A stretch of 64,000 nt of DNA from Octopus sinensis (lineage: Eukaryota): NCBI RefSeq assembly GCF_006345805.1, contig NC_042999.1, positions 35,216,001-35,280,000 on the forward strand, in the 5' to 3' direction. Positions 40,392-52,076 of this stretch are shown here, in pieces (position 1 is the stretch's first letter; the number at the start of each line of letters is the position of its first letter). The position numbers and the translations under genes were made by a program. Below the pieces are notes generated by a model. The model saw only the letters and a list, made by a program, of their open reading frames with translations, had not been told where the DNA came from and made no database searches.

Positions 40392-41394
40392 TGAAGGAGT
40401 ATGCTAGGACTGTGAAATCTTGCATGCATTAATTTCAAATCTTCTCATAAATAACTGCATAGTTTCTTTCTAGGTAATCTCACATCTGATAGTTCAAAGA
40501 AAACTTCAAATGTAACTAGTAGTGACTTCTCTTGAAAATCGATTAAATCGTCATGTTATCAAGTACTTGCAGAAAAAGAAGGTTTAGCTCCCAAGGACAT
40601 TCATGCTAGTAAGCTTGCTAAGGTGATAACGCTCCAGCTTAATCAACAGTGCAAACGTAGGCAACTGGATTTAGGGGAGGAAGGGAGAGTCTTGAAGATA
40701 ACCCAAGGTCTGAACGTATTGCAGCTGCCACCACCGAGGACAACATTGTGTTCACCACTTGGTGATGGATGACAAGCAATTGGCTATAAATCAATAGTTA
40801 ATGCTATTAGCATATCCTGTGAGAGTGCTGAGAATATTCTGCACAAGGAACTTGGTATGACGAAAATTTCTGCACGACAGGTGCTACGTCTTCTGACACC
40901 TGATTAAAAGCGCAACAGACTGGTTATGTTACTGAAAAATCTGACATCATTTGAGGCGGATTCAAACAATCTCTGTGAAGACCAAACTTCAATGAAAACT
41001 AACGAAAGGAGTTTTGCTTCATGAGGACAATGCTCCAGCATACAAGTCCTTGCTTTCAACGGCAGCTGTGCGTGACTGTGACTGTGGCTGTGAACTGGTT
41101 GATCACCCTCCCTATTTTTTTGATTTGACCCTATCTGACTATCATTTGTTCCCCAACAGGAAAAATCACTTGCCTAGAAACCAGTATTGCAGTGGTGATG
41201 AAATCATATATGCAATTGATGGTAGTTTGGACTAACAGGATGAAAGGTTCTTCATCGAAGGGATCCAAGAACAGCAACACCGATGGAAGAAATGCATGGA
41301 CTGCAAGGGGGACTATGTTGAAAAATAAACCCAATTTGGGTCATATCCCATGAGAGTATCTTGGCTAGCCTATGAACTTTTCAGCCGACCTTCG
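40392..41394 (+). mobile_element. Decayed, internally deleted mariner
   Basis: LHEDNAPAY, HPPYFFDLTLSDYHLFP, GDYVEK*; 3' TIR AACTTTTCAGCCGACCTTCG followed by TA. Confidence 0.85.
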
Positions 41395-41869
41395 TATTAT
41401 ATAAGTAATACGGGAATTCGTATAAATTAACAGTATTTTATAAGAAAACTATAAAAACTTGTAAGATGATTTTTTTCTGCTGAACTTTAAGCAGACATAT
41501 TTAACTGTTTCTCAAACTAGTTAGCTTCTAATGAGGAACAGAAATTCAAATCTGATGATCGTAAAGCAAAACTAAAATATGCAATTTTTTTAACAATCAA
41601 AATATATTTAGGACATTATTACAAATACAAAATATAGTGCATGTGAGGTGATTTAATGAAACTAATTGCTTTTGGATTGATTATTGCTATATGTACAATC
41701 AAGCCTCTTTCCAAGACTCTTGTTCAGCTCCATACTGAAGAGTAATAGAGAAATTCTGATTCAAGAACTGCTCCGAAGAAACCCTTCTTCTTGCTGTGAG
41801 GAAGGGGGATTTTTCAATTAATTCTGAGCCTATCTAGAGCATGTGTTTGCAGTCCATACTTGCGATCAA

Positions 41870-42040
41870 TTTCTCTGGAATCTATTCTCTGGAAACTATT
41901 GGCAGTCCAAGAACAGCATATATCGATCAACTTTGTGGAAGACGCTGGATGTCAAATTGAGGATATAAAGACTGTTATGGAAGATCAGGACATCTGGCAT
42001 GGCAGAGTTGCATTGGTTAGGGCAAGTTGCCCAACTGGAC
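41870..42040 (+). mobile_element. LINE 3' end (RTE-like C-terminus)
   Basis: [29 protein letters not shown] is a typical RTE-group C-terminal motif; runs into (GATA)n. Confidence 0.55.
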
Positions 42041-42044
42041 TGAC

Positions 42045-42230
<186 letters not shown>

Positions 42231-42854
42231 TTAGAATATGAGCAGGCTAAGCTAAGAGCTAAGAACAAACAAATTAAGAATATCAAGCTAAGCGTGGAGT
42301 ATTTATTACTTACAAAGATCGCAAGGTAAATTGATAAAAGGTAAACAGATAAAAGTGATAAGCAAGAATATGTTAACACAAGTCAACATCAGAAACAATA
42401 TTTGATTTTAATACTAATAAAGTTATCAACTGCTTTAGAAATATTTAAAATAAATCTAGAACCACATTTACTCAGAATAATATTGTAGATTTCTGTGCCT
42501 CTTTAATAACTAGATATCTGTTACAAGAAACTATTGAATTCGCCAATTGATACGCCAATGTAGACGACATAAACTATTATGCACGTACGAGAAACAATTA
42601 CTTTTCGTAAGGAATCATCCCGGACAAAAAAAAAAGCTAATCGTAGTCTCTAGGTATATTTAATGTCACCATAGATTCATATGTCAGTATGGATATATGC
42701 TATCTTATCGGCCTGTAGTTACTGAAAGTATATATGAGTAAATGTGCTTACTATATCATCAGCTTATATCCAGACAACGCGTTAGAAATGTCATAATAAT
42801 GACAGTGATAATAATATTACCTTTCCTCACAAAAATATTGCAGTAGAAATAATA

Positions 42855-43035
42855 ATATCCTTTCTACTATAGGCACAAGGCCTGAAATTTGTCGGGAGCG
42901 GGGTTAGTCAATTACATCGATCTTAGTCTCAACTGGTACTTATTTTATCGATCCCGAAAGGCAAAATCTCAACTGGTACTTGTTTTATCGATCTCGAAAG
43001 GCAAAGTCGAACTCTGTCGAATTTGAACTCGCACG
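42855..43035 (-). mobile_element. SINE family B with ~38-bp internal duplication
   Basis: TCTCAACTGGTACTT.TTTTATCGATC.CGAAAGGCAAA occurs twice; tail matches 14780-14806. Confidence 0.75.
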
Positions 43036-43084
43036 CATACGCCGGCCCCGTTCTCCCGCGTCCTAGTTTGCGTGGAAAGCCTCT

Positions 43085-44065
43085 CAATACCTCAAATATT
43101 TTAAGTAGAGACTCTAGAACCAGTGCATACAGAAGAGACTGGAGGAGACATCCTTAACGAACCGAACGCATAATGCTGAATTGTTCCGATAGGCAACCAT
43201 TCACCCGAACTACAGAGCAGATATTGCTCTGTATTGCAGCGATCCAGCCAAGGAAAACGGGACCAAAACTGACCGCCGTAAGGCCGGCCGACCCTATTGA
43301 TGGCTTTTGCATGCCAGCTTTTTTTACTCACCCTGTTTATGATGTATCGCATGAGATGGAGATTGTCGTGGATAGATCCGCTTGGAATGCCGCATGTTTG
43401 CGCATCCCCAATGGTGCATGTTTACGCATCGACGACAATTATCCTGTTCTGCTACCATTTGCAGTAGATATCTGCTAAGAGACCACCAAACAAGTCGGGC
43501 ATATAAGAATAAAGCTCGTAGAGTAGACCATCCAAACCAAGTGATGTGCCTCCCTTGCAGCCCATCCCATAGTTCCGCGGCTATTTTTGGCCTTTCATAA
43601 TGTTCTGCCTCCCTTGCCTAGAGCCGTGGCATTCCGTCGAGGTAGGCATTGAAATCCATATTGTGGTCTAGACTGCCATTTGTCTCAAAGAGTTGAGCAA
43701 AGTGCCGCAGAAATGCTGCACACATCTGCTTGGGCTCGAGTACCAAACGCCCATTTTGGTCCACCAAACACTGAATCATACTTTTGTTGCCACGTTGCAC
43801 TTCTGTCACTCGGGCCCGTCGAGCGACTTTCGTTTTCTCGTTTCTCTGAGCACGCAGCTTAGCTCTGATAATGCACCCTCCGTGCTTAGAGTTGAATAAT
43901 TGGTCGAGAGCCAATTTCGTCGCCAGCACGTCGGTTTCGATGTCTTTCCTAAATGCTACCTCAAAGTTAACTGAGTTTCCTTCTATTTTATTTCTTTCTA
44001 TTGCTAATGCCTTACTAAACATAACAGACTCTACCCTAATTGTCCTTCTCATGATAAACCCCCAT
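43085..44065 (-). mobile_element. Degenerate L1/Tx1-clade ORF2 fragment
   Basis: GCIIRAK, MRYIINRV, FGPVFLGWIAA..VRVNG..RSVR*GC; overlaps the region encoded at 23680-25076 but is far more decayed. Confidence 0.85.
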
Positions 44066-44179
44066 TTGTCATACATATATGTTGAGATTCATGGTGAATT
44101 ATATTTGAATCTACGTCTGAAGAGTCACAGTTGTCAGAGGTTCTAAATCTTTATACATACACACACACATAGATATATA

Positions 44180-44384
44180 TTCTCTTATTCTTTTACTTGT
44201 TTCAGTCATTTGACTGCAGCCATGCTGGAGCACTGCCTTGAAAAGTTATAGTCGAACAAATCAACCCTAGTACTTATTTTTTAACCCTAGTACTTATTCT
44301 ATCGGTCTCTTTTGCCGACCCGCTAGATTACGGGGACGTAACACACCAGCATAGGTTGTCAGACGCTGATGAGGGGACAAACAA

Positions 44385-44470
<86 letters not shown>

Positions 44471-44646
44471 CATATATCTATATACTACGGGTTTCTTTCG
44501 GTTTACGTCTTCTAAATCCGCTCACAAAGCTTTGGTCCGGCCGAGGCTATAGTAAAAGATACTTACCCAAGATGCCATTCAGTGGGGCTGAACCCGGAAA
44601 CTTGTGGTTGGGCAGTAAGTTTCTCACCACGCAGCCACGCCTGCAC
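44180..44646 (-). mobile_element. SINE family A, full length
   Basis: Matches 18740-19156 in reverse with expanded internal (TA)n. Confidence 0.85.
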
Positions 44647-45859
44647 TTGCGCGCGCGCGTATGTGTGTATATAATAGGATAAAATCATAAGCAAACAACT
44701 AATGTCAGGTTAGAGTATGACATTTATAGTTTTAAACACGATTGTTGAGTATAAGAGGGAGTAATAAGGTGTGCAGAAAATCTCACAGCTGTTTCAAGAA
44801 CAGATTTGCAGATGGTGCATCTTGTGCAAAACAAACGGTAGACTCATAATATACTCAGTCAGTTGTGGTTAATTGTATATACCACTTGAATAATAATCTG
44901 TCTGTACTTCGATATGTAGGTATTCGTTCCTATGATTTCGTCATACAATTTCTCCGCATTTACCCAACAAGTTCAACAGACCATTGATTACAATCCCAGA
45001 AAGTCCATGAGGTCAATTGCGAAAGATCTCCATCTGTAAGAAGAAACAGTCAGAAATGTTGTCCAGGAAGACATTAGATATAAGTCTTATATGATAAGGA
45101 ATGGTCAATTTATCAGGAAAAACAAAAGAAAATCACTATATCAGATCTAAAAGGCTCTTAAATAAACTGAAAATCCAGCAAAAGAAGATTTGATTTGGTT
45201 TTTCTCAAACGAGAAAATCTTCGACCAAGATCAAAAAGTAACAGAAGAAATGACAGATGGTTGTGTGCAGACCCTTCTGAATTTTTAAGTGTTATGCATA
45301 CAAAATTTCCTGCAACTGTCATTGTATTAGGGGTTGTCAGCAATGAAGGACATATAGAGCCTCCTTCTTTCCAAAAAGCCTTAGAGTTAATTCTGCCACC
45401 TACATTGAGGTCCTGGAAATAATTAAGCCCTGGATAGACAGTGTATGCAATGGAAGGCCATAAGTGTTTCAGTAAGACTCTGCACTATCACACATGGCTC
45501 TAGTAACACAGGAATGGTTGGCTGAAAATTTTCACGATCACATAACCCCTAACAGTTGGCCTCCTAATTCCTCAGATCTCAATCCATTGGACTATTACAT
45601 GTGGGACGTTGTTGAAGAGAGAGGTCAATGGACACGCCCATAACACCAAAGATTCTTCGAAAGCTGCCATACTCAGAGTAATGTCCAAAATGAACCAGGA
45701 CCACTTGATTCCAGCATGTAGATGATTTAGAACTCACATAGAAGTAGTTGCTGAAGCTGAAGGTGGCTTTATTGAATAACATCATAGAAAAGAAGGCTTA
45801 TCTTTATTCTCATAGCATTTTTTTTGAGAAATAAAGTTATTATCTGTTATTATATATAT

Positions 45860-46648
45860 ATAATAGAAATATCAAAATTACTAAGTCTCTCTAAAAGAGA
45901 TCACGGCAGCGTTCCTAGAAAATAATAGTTATCGCCATACCAATATGGCATTCTTATAAAAATAAGAATAAAGCTGTCCGCTTATTAGCTCCATGAGGCC
46001 ATCGCCTTAAGTTAGCTATTTGATACACAAACTGTATCCATATAACCTTCGAACAAGGGAGGTCAGTCGCTTCACACTACTTGATCGACAGCTACAGACG
46101 CGTTTCGGGGTATTGCCCCTTTTCGATCAAGTAGTGTGAAGCGACTGACCTCCCTTGTTCGAAGGTTATATGGATACAGTTTGTGTATCAAATAGCTAAC
46201 TTAAGGCGATGGCCTCATGGAGCTAATAAGCGGACAGCTTTATTCTTATTTTTATAAGAATGCTATATTCGTATGGCGATAACTATTATTTTCTAGGAAC
46301 GCTGCCGTGATCTCTTTTAGAGAGACTTAGTAATTTTAATATTTCTATTATTGAAAACAAGTGGATGTATTCCACTGAAACTAGGTAAATAAAACCTTCG
46401 AACAGAGATTGTCGGAAGCGACACCTACTGGTCTGACTACGCTACATTGAAAAGGGGCAATACCCCGAAACGCGTCTGTAGCTGTCGATCAAGTAGTGTG
46501 AAGCGACTGACCTCCCTTGTTCGAAGGTTATATGGATACAGTTTGTGTATCAAATAGCTAACTTAAGCGATGGCCTCATGGAGCTAATAAGCGGACAGCT
46601 TATTCTTATTTTTATAAGAATGCCATATTCGTATGGCGATAACTATTA
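45860..46648. mobile_element. Hammerhead-bearing non-autonomous retroelement (F5): 229-bp inverted arms plus 362-bp tandem period
   Basis: Arms 45860-46088 and 46123-46351 with about 3 mismatches; repeat restarts at 46485. Confidence 0.85.
46441..46482 (+). ncRNA. Minimal type I hammerhead ribozyme, U3-A8 variant
   Basis: GCTACA-TTGAAAA-GGGG-CAATA-CCCC-GAAA-CGC-GTC/TGTAGC; stem I 6 bp, stem II 4 bp, stem III palindrome ACGCGT. Confidence 0.85.
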
Positions 46649-46729
46649 TATATATATATATATATAAACATAAATCTGTCCTCAAATATCTTACGCACCC
46701 TGTATATATATATATATATATAATATATA

Positions 46730-46797
<68 letters not shown>

Positions 46798-46800
<3 letters not shown>

Positions 46801-47332
46801 TCGTTTGAGAAAAACCAAATCAAATCTTCTGCTGGATTTTTCAGTTTGTTTAAGAGCCTCTTAGATTTGATGTAGTGATTTTCTTTTGCTTTTTCTGACA
46901 AATTAACCTTTCCTCATCATATAAGACTTATATTTGATGTCTTCGTGGACAACATTTCTAACTGTTCCTTCTGACACATGGAGATCTTTTGCAATTGACC
47001 TCATGGACTTTCTGGGACTGTAATCAATGGTTTGTTGAACATGTTGGATAAATTCAGGTGTTCTGATGTTTTCAGAGTGTTTAGAATGCTTTTATGCTTT
47101 GATACACGTGATACAAACTTTGTAGACGAAAGATCTGGCAACTTTTAAAAAAGGGGATATTTCTAAATCGCTATGCTTAGCCTTTATAACCACAATAATA
47201 GCACGCCTCTTCATTTCTTGAGTAAGCTGAAGGTCTGCCATTATTATCTTCTGAAACAAAGATATTACGGAGTCGGGAAAAAATGCAGCAATGACCCAAA
47301 AAGTTATGTCCTCAAATACCTCACGCATCCTG
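46798..47332 (-). mobile_element. Second maT copy, 5' half
   Basis: TIR CAGGATGCGTGAGGTATTTGAGGAC; MADLQLTQEMKRRAIIV; diverged homologue of 44966-45215. Confidence 0.85.
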
Positions 47333-48199
47333 TGTGTGTGTGTTTGTGTGAGTGTGTGTGTGTGCGTGTGTTTGTGTGTGGTGTGTGTGTGTATGTATGT
47401 GTGTGTGTGTGTGTATGTGTGTGTGTGTGTCCCTCTGTGTTCATCTGTGTAATTGTCGTTATTTTGGAACAGTAAGTATCAAGTGAATAATTTAAATTCT
47501 AATCTACTGTTTTCCTAAACTAAAACATTTATTAGCAAAAAAATAGTTCATGAAAGAAAATCAAGTGCAGTGGAAATTAAATAACACATGACAGACGGAT
47601 TGTTCGTGCATATAAACCTTTTTCTATGTATTTTTATGTATTTTTATGAGTGGTTAAAGATAAGATTTGAAGAGATTAAACAACTCTTAAATCTAATGAG
47701 TTTGTATATTACGGCTAAAAAATATTTAATCAACACTCTTGTGTTTTATTGATTTAGATTCATTCGCTTTTCTTCTGAATTCATTTCTAGTAAAAGTACA
47801 GGAAATTGTTTTAGAGTGTTTTTCTTCAATTTTACATAAATATTTCGAATATGATTTTAGATTCCAAAGAATCCTACATTTCTAATCAGATGTTCTGTGT
47901 AATCTTTGTTTTTTTAAGTTAATTAAATGTCTGCGGTTTTGTCACTACTGACACTGTTCCATGCAATGGAATCGTGTCAATGACTTGTTTGTAGAAGTGA
48001 GAGTAAACGTGTTGGCAGTTCATAAGGGACAGTACTATTAAGAAATATAAAAAAAACCTGAATGTAATAGATTTTATTCTTTAAATGGCTAAAGTGGCTC
48101 TTCGACGATGTATGTGTAATAATTAAATTGTTTATATGAAATAAAATACACCATAATTCGTCAAAATTAAGAAGATTAGTATATCTTTGTAGTATAAAG

Positions 48200-49010
48200 G
48201 ATAAAAATTCTCTGGGAACGACTTCGAAGAGAATTTCTCAATCATTGACTTGAACTTGCTATGCAATTCAAAGACTATCACTACCCCCAACCACTTGTCA
48301 GAAGCTACAATACGCAAAAATTCCTACTAGACATCTGTTCATACTGACCCTCTCAATCCAAAATGGCTACTCAAACCTGACTCTTCTGACGTCACTTCCT
48401 CTCTCATCTCTGTTCCTTAGTTGTTACTTTCCAGTTGTCTGACATTTTCAGCACATGTTGTCTCGCCTCATGATATTTTCATTTCATTTCGAAACCATCT
48501 ATGCATCTGGATAGATGTCGCTCCCTTTGTGACGTTGGCCTCACTCTCTCTCCCCTCTCTCCGTCTCTATCTCTGTCTCTCTCTCTTCCACTCTCTCCCA
48601 CTCTCTCTCTTCTTCTTCTTCTACTAAACGATGCAGTACTAAGCCCGGGTGTCTTCATTCATATCTGAGAACGTCACTGTCTATCAGTCACCATTTTCGT
48701 CACCATGTTCAAAGTTGACAAAAGAAAAAAACGCTTCGAAATAGTTTTGTACTTTAAATGATACAAATTCTCTAATCTTCATATCTGAAAGACTTCGAGG
48801 GGAACATCGCCATCATCGATTTGAACTTGTTATGCAATTCAGAGACCCTTACCACCCCAAGCACTCTTCAGAAGCTAAAATACGCAGACTCTAACCGCGT
48901 GTCAGTTCCGATCAGCCCCCTTGCTCCAAAAGATGCCTCTCAAACCTGTTTCTTCTCACTTGATGTCACTTCCTCTTTCATTTCTGGTCATGTCCCTCGA
49001 CTGCTTCCTG
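48200..49010 (+). repeat. Old diverged direct duplication (~48205-48415 vs ~48770-48985)
   Basis: Shared TTGAACTTG.TATGCAATTCA.AGAC..CAGAAGCTA.AATACGCA..GA.GTCACTTCCTCT. Confidence 0.6.
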
Positions 49011-49106
49011 TAGCTCGTCTAACATCTTCAGGGCATCACCTACCAAACCACAATCTTTAAAGAAATTTGGAGAGAGGAAAATTTTCAAGTTAAAATTCTT
49101 TACATA

Positions 49107-49335
49107 TCTATTATATAAAATCCGTTCTGTCTGTCTGTATGTGTGTCTTCTAGGATCTCGGGCATCCACCATCTGTTTGCGCTCAAATTAGATATGTAGA
49201 TACCGACGGTATCAGGGCGTGTATAATTTTGGAAAAATTACAAAAATCGATTCCAGGTGAGAATGAGATCGATAAAGCCGTGGGAACGTGCATTTGTACG
49301 CGCAAGTACATCAGCTGTTGCGATGTACTTACTGG
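49107..49335 (+). mobile_element. Short Helitron-like element
   Basis: A|TCTATTATATAAAATCCG start, 9-bp hairpin AAGTACATC/GATGTACTT, CTGG|T end. Confidence 0.55.
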
Positions 49336-49847
49336 TACTTTAAACTCTTCGGTTGCATATTTGTGTGAATAAAATGGTTTTTTTTTTTTTTTGGAATAGA
49401 AAAAAAAATCGATCTTTATTTCTTGTTTTGCTGGTGTCTCAAATTTTGGTTAAATCAATGTTTCTCAAAGGGAAGGCCTATGGGACGTTCGGACAAGTTG
49501 TTTTGAGAAAATTTGATTTCAATGTTTGACAACTCAGCACCGTCCATTTTGCTCGACCTTAATACTGAAGATATTCAAATGAAAGTAATTAATAGTCAGA
49601 TACCATATTACTATTATTATTTATTATCATATTTTCTCTTCTTTCTTTTTATTCTACTACTGCTATTGCCACTGCTACTACCAATTACATCTATTGCTTC
49701 TGCTGTTGCTGCTAATGCTTCTATTCTCTCAATACAAATCCTATGAGTATCATTCGTAATTCTAAGCAAAATGTATTTTGTCTTAATATACCAGAAAATA
49801 TTTTCTTTTTCTTGTAATATTACGTGTAAGTGAACAATTAAACAATA

Positions 49848-49895
<48 letters not shown>

Positions 49896-49905
49896 GATAA
49901 AAATG

Positions 49906-50187
49906 GTAACAAACGAATGAAAGATACCTCGATATTATGTAAATAGAGGAATTTATCTGTAAATGTAATATGTGACAATTATTCGGTAGCCATAATAAAA
50001 CTCCGAGTTTCGGATGCCGAGGTGGAAATCCACGCCGCCATCTCTTCAGTTATCCGGCCATCGGACAAAATGCTATGAAAATGACCGGATAACTGAAGAG
50101 ATGGCGGCGTGGATTTCCATCTTGGTATCCGAAACTCGGAGTTTTATCATGGCTACCGAATAATTGTCACATATTACATTTACAGAT
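49906..50187. mobile_element. Penelope-type pLTR inverted pair (family F6)
   Basis: Arms 49955-50061 and 50081-50187; GATAA-CTGAAGA..GAAAC-TCGGA-GTT/TTATC. Confidence 0.75.
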
Positions 50188-50202
50188 GTGTGTGTGTGTA
50201 TT

Positions 50203-51186
50203 ATTGTGTCTGAGGAGAATCGTTCTCTTGTAATGCCTTATTAATTTAACACACTCACCGGTCTGATTTCCACTCATTTACTTATTTATTTTTACGAAAA
50301 TTTTCGTTGCATCTTTCAACCTTTTCAATAGTCGTTGACTCTGTCCATTATCGGAACTGCATTCCATTTTTTGTTTGTTTGTGCGCATGCGTGTGCGTTA
50401 GTGTGCGTGCGCATACACATGTGTATGTATGTATGTATGTATGTATGTATGTATGTATGTATGTATGTATGTATGTATGTATGTATGTATGTATGTATGT
50501 GTATGCATGTATGTGTGTGTATGGATATGTATACATTTGCATGTGTGCACGTTTGTATGTATATATGAACTCTGCGCTGCATGTTCATTTAAGTCTCACC
50601 GCAAAGCTTGCGGAGAGACTAAATGAATATTTAAGACAATATGACGACAAAACACAATCCTCCAAACTCTACCGATATGCCAAAGACCAATATAAAGTCA
50701 TACTTGGTCAACTTGACATCCGCGTCCTATCCAAGCACCCGAAGACCCCAACACTCAGACAAGTACCAGAGTCCGTTCTCATTAATGAAGCTTCCCTAGG
50801 ACTAAACAGGAAATATACGTAGGTGTCGTACCCCAATACCCACAGTTTATATAGTCACACAACCCCATACACAGACACACACTAACATGCACACACAATG
50901 AGGTACACACACATACACACACACACGTACAGACACACACACACGCACAAACACATAAACATTGAACACAACCATATGGATATGCAGAATACATATATAC
51001 AAACGTGCACACATGCATACATATATATGTGCATACACACACATACATGCATATACACATACATGCAGGGTACATACACACAAACGTGCACACATTCATA
51101 CATATATATATATATATATGTATACATGCACACATACATGCATACATACATACATACATACATACATACATACATACATACATACA

Positions 51187-51217
<31 letters not shown>

Positions 51218-51417
51218 GGGTATGCGCACGCACACTAACGCACACGCATGTGCACAAACAAAAAGAACGCAGTTCCGTTAACGGACAGAGTCAACAACTA
51301 TTGAAAAGGCTACAAGACGCAACGAGAATTTTAGTAAAAATAAATAAAAGAGTGGAAATCAAACCGGTGGGTGTGTTAAATTAATAAGGCACTAAAAGAG
51401 AATGACTCACCAGACAC
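50203..51417 (+). mobile_element. 5'-truncated Penelope-like element with inverted pLTR (family F1)
   Basis: GIY-YIG C-terminal part LAERLNEYLRQ..RQVPESVLINEASLGLNRK (50585-50822); arms ~50203-50570 and ~50985-51417 inverted. Confidence 0.8.
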
Positions 51418-51509
51418 TCTAAAATATGCCTCTACACAGGAATTCACATAAAGTATCTTGTAAACCAAATAGAAAAACGAAATATATATACATATATATA
51501 ATATATATA

Positions 51510-51722
51510 TATATATATAGCTAATCCAAACAAGAAAGTACAAAAAAACACAACAACGCGAGGACGTGGAACAAATATAGTATTATTGGACGCTCAGGAA
51601 AGAAGGAAAGAAGGAGGGTTTAACGTTTCGAGCAGAGCTCTTCGTCGGAAACATAGGAGAAGGAAAGATCCAGAGAAGGGAAGACAGAGGAAAAAAATCG
51701 CCAACGGTACACACGCGGTCAC
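51510..51722 (-). mobile_element. Penelope-type pLTR with hammerhead-like motif (family F7, 51618-51652)
   Basis: Minus: GTTT-CCGACGA-A-GAGC-TCT-GCTC-GAAAC-GTT/AAAC. Confidence 0.65.
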
Positions 51723-51999
51723 AAGATAACAAAAGAAAGAAAGAGACCTCAATATTATGCAAATAGAGGAAATTTATCTGTAAAATAATATGTGACAATT
51801 ATTCAATAGCCAAGATAAAACTCTGTGTTTCGGATGCCGAAGTGGAAATCCACAACACCATCTCTTCGGTTATCTGGCCATATAGCGTTTTTCAGATGGC
51901 CAGATAACCGAAGAGATGGTGTTGTGGATTTCCACTTCGGCATCCGAAACTCAGAGTTTATCTTGGCTATTGAATAATGTCACATATTATTTTACAGAT
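51723..51999. mobile_element. Second F6 inverted pair
   Basis: Arms 51776-51881 and 51896-51999; diverged from 49955-50187 but each pair is internally near-identical. Confidence 0.75.
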
Positions 52000-52017
52000 A
52001 TATATATATATATATAT

Positions 52018-52076
<59 letters not shown>

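Larger units (their letters stand above)
44966..46702 (+). mobile_element. maT-family (DD37D) transposon, 5'-truncated, interrupted at 45860-46648
   Basis: WFFSNEK, HTKFPATVIVLG, Q*DSA..WPPNSSDLNPLDY with 37 residues between catalytic D2 and D3; 3' TIR CTCAAATATCTTACGCACCCTG then TA. Confidence 0.88.
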
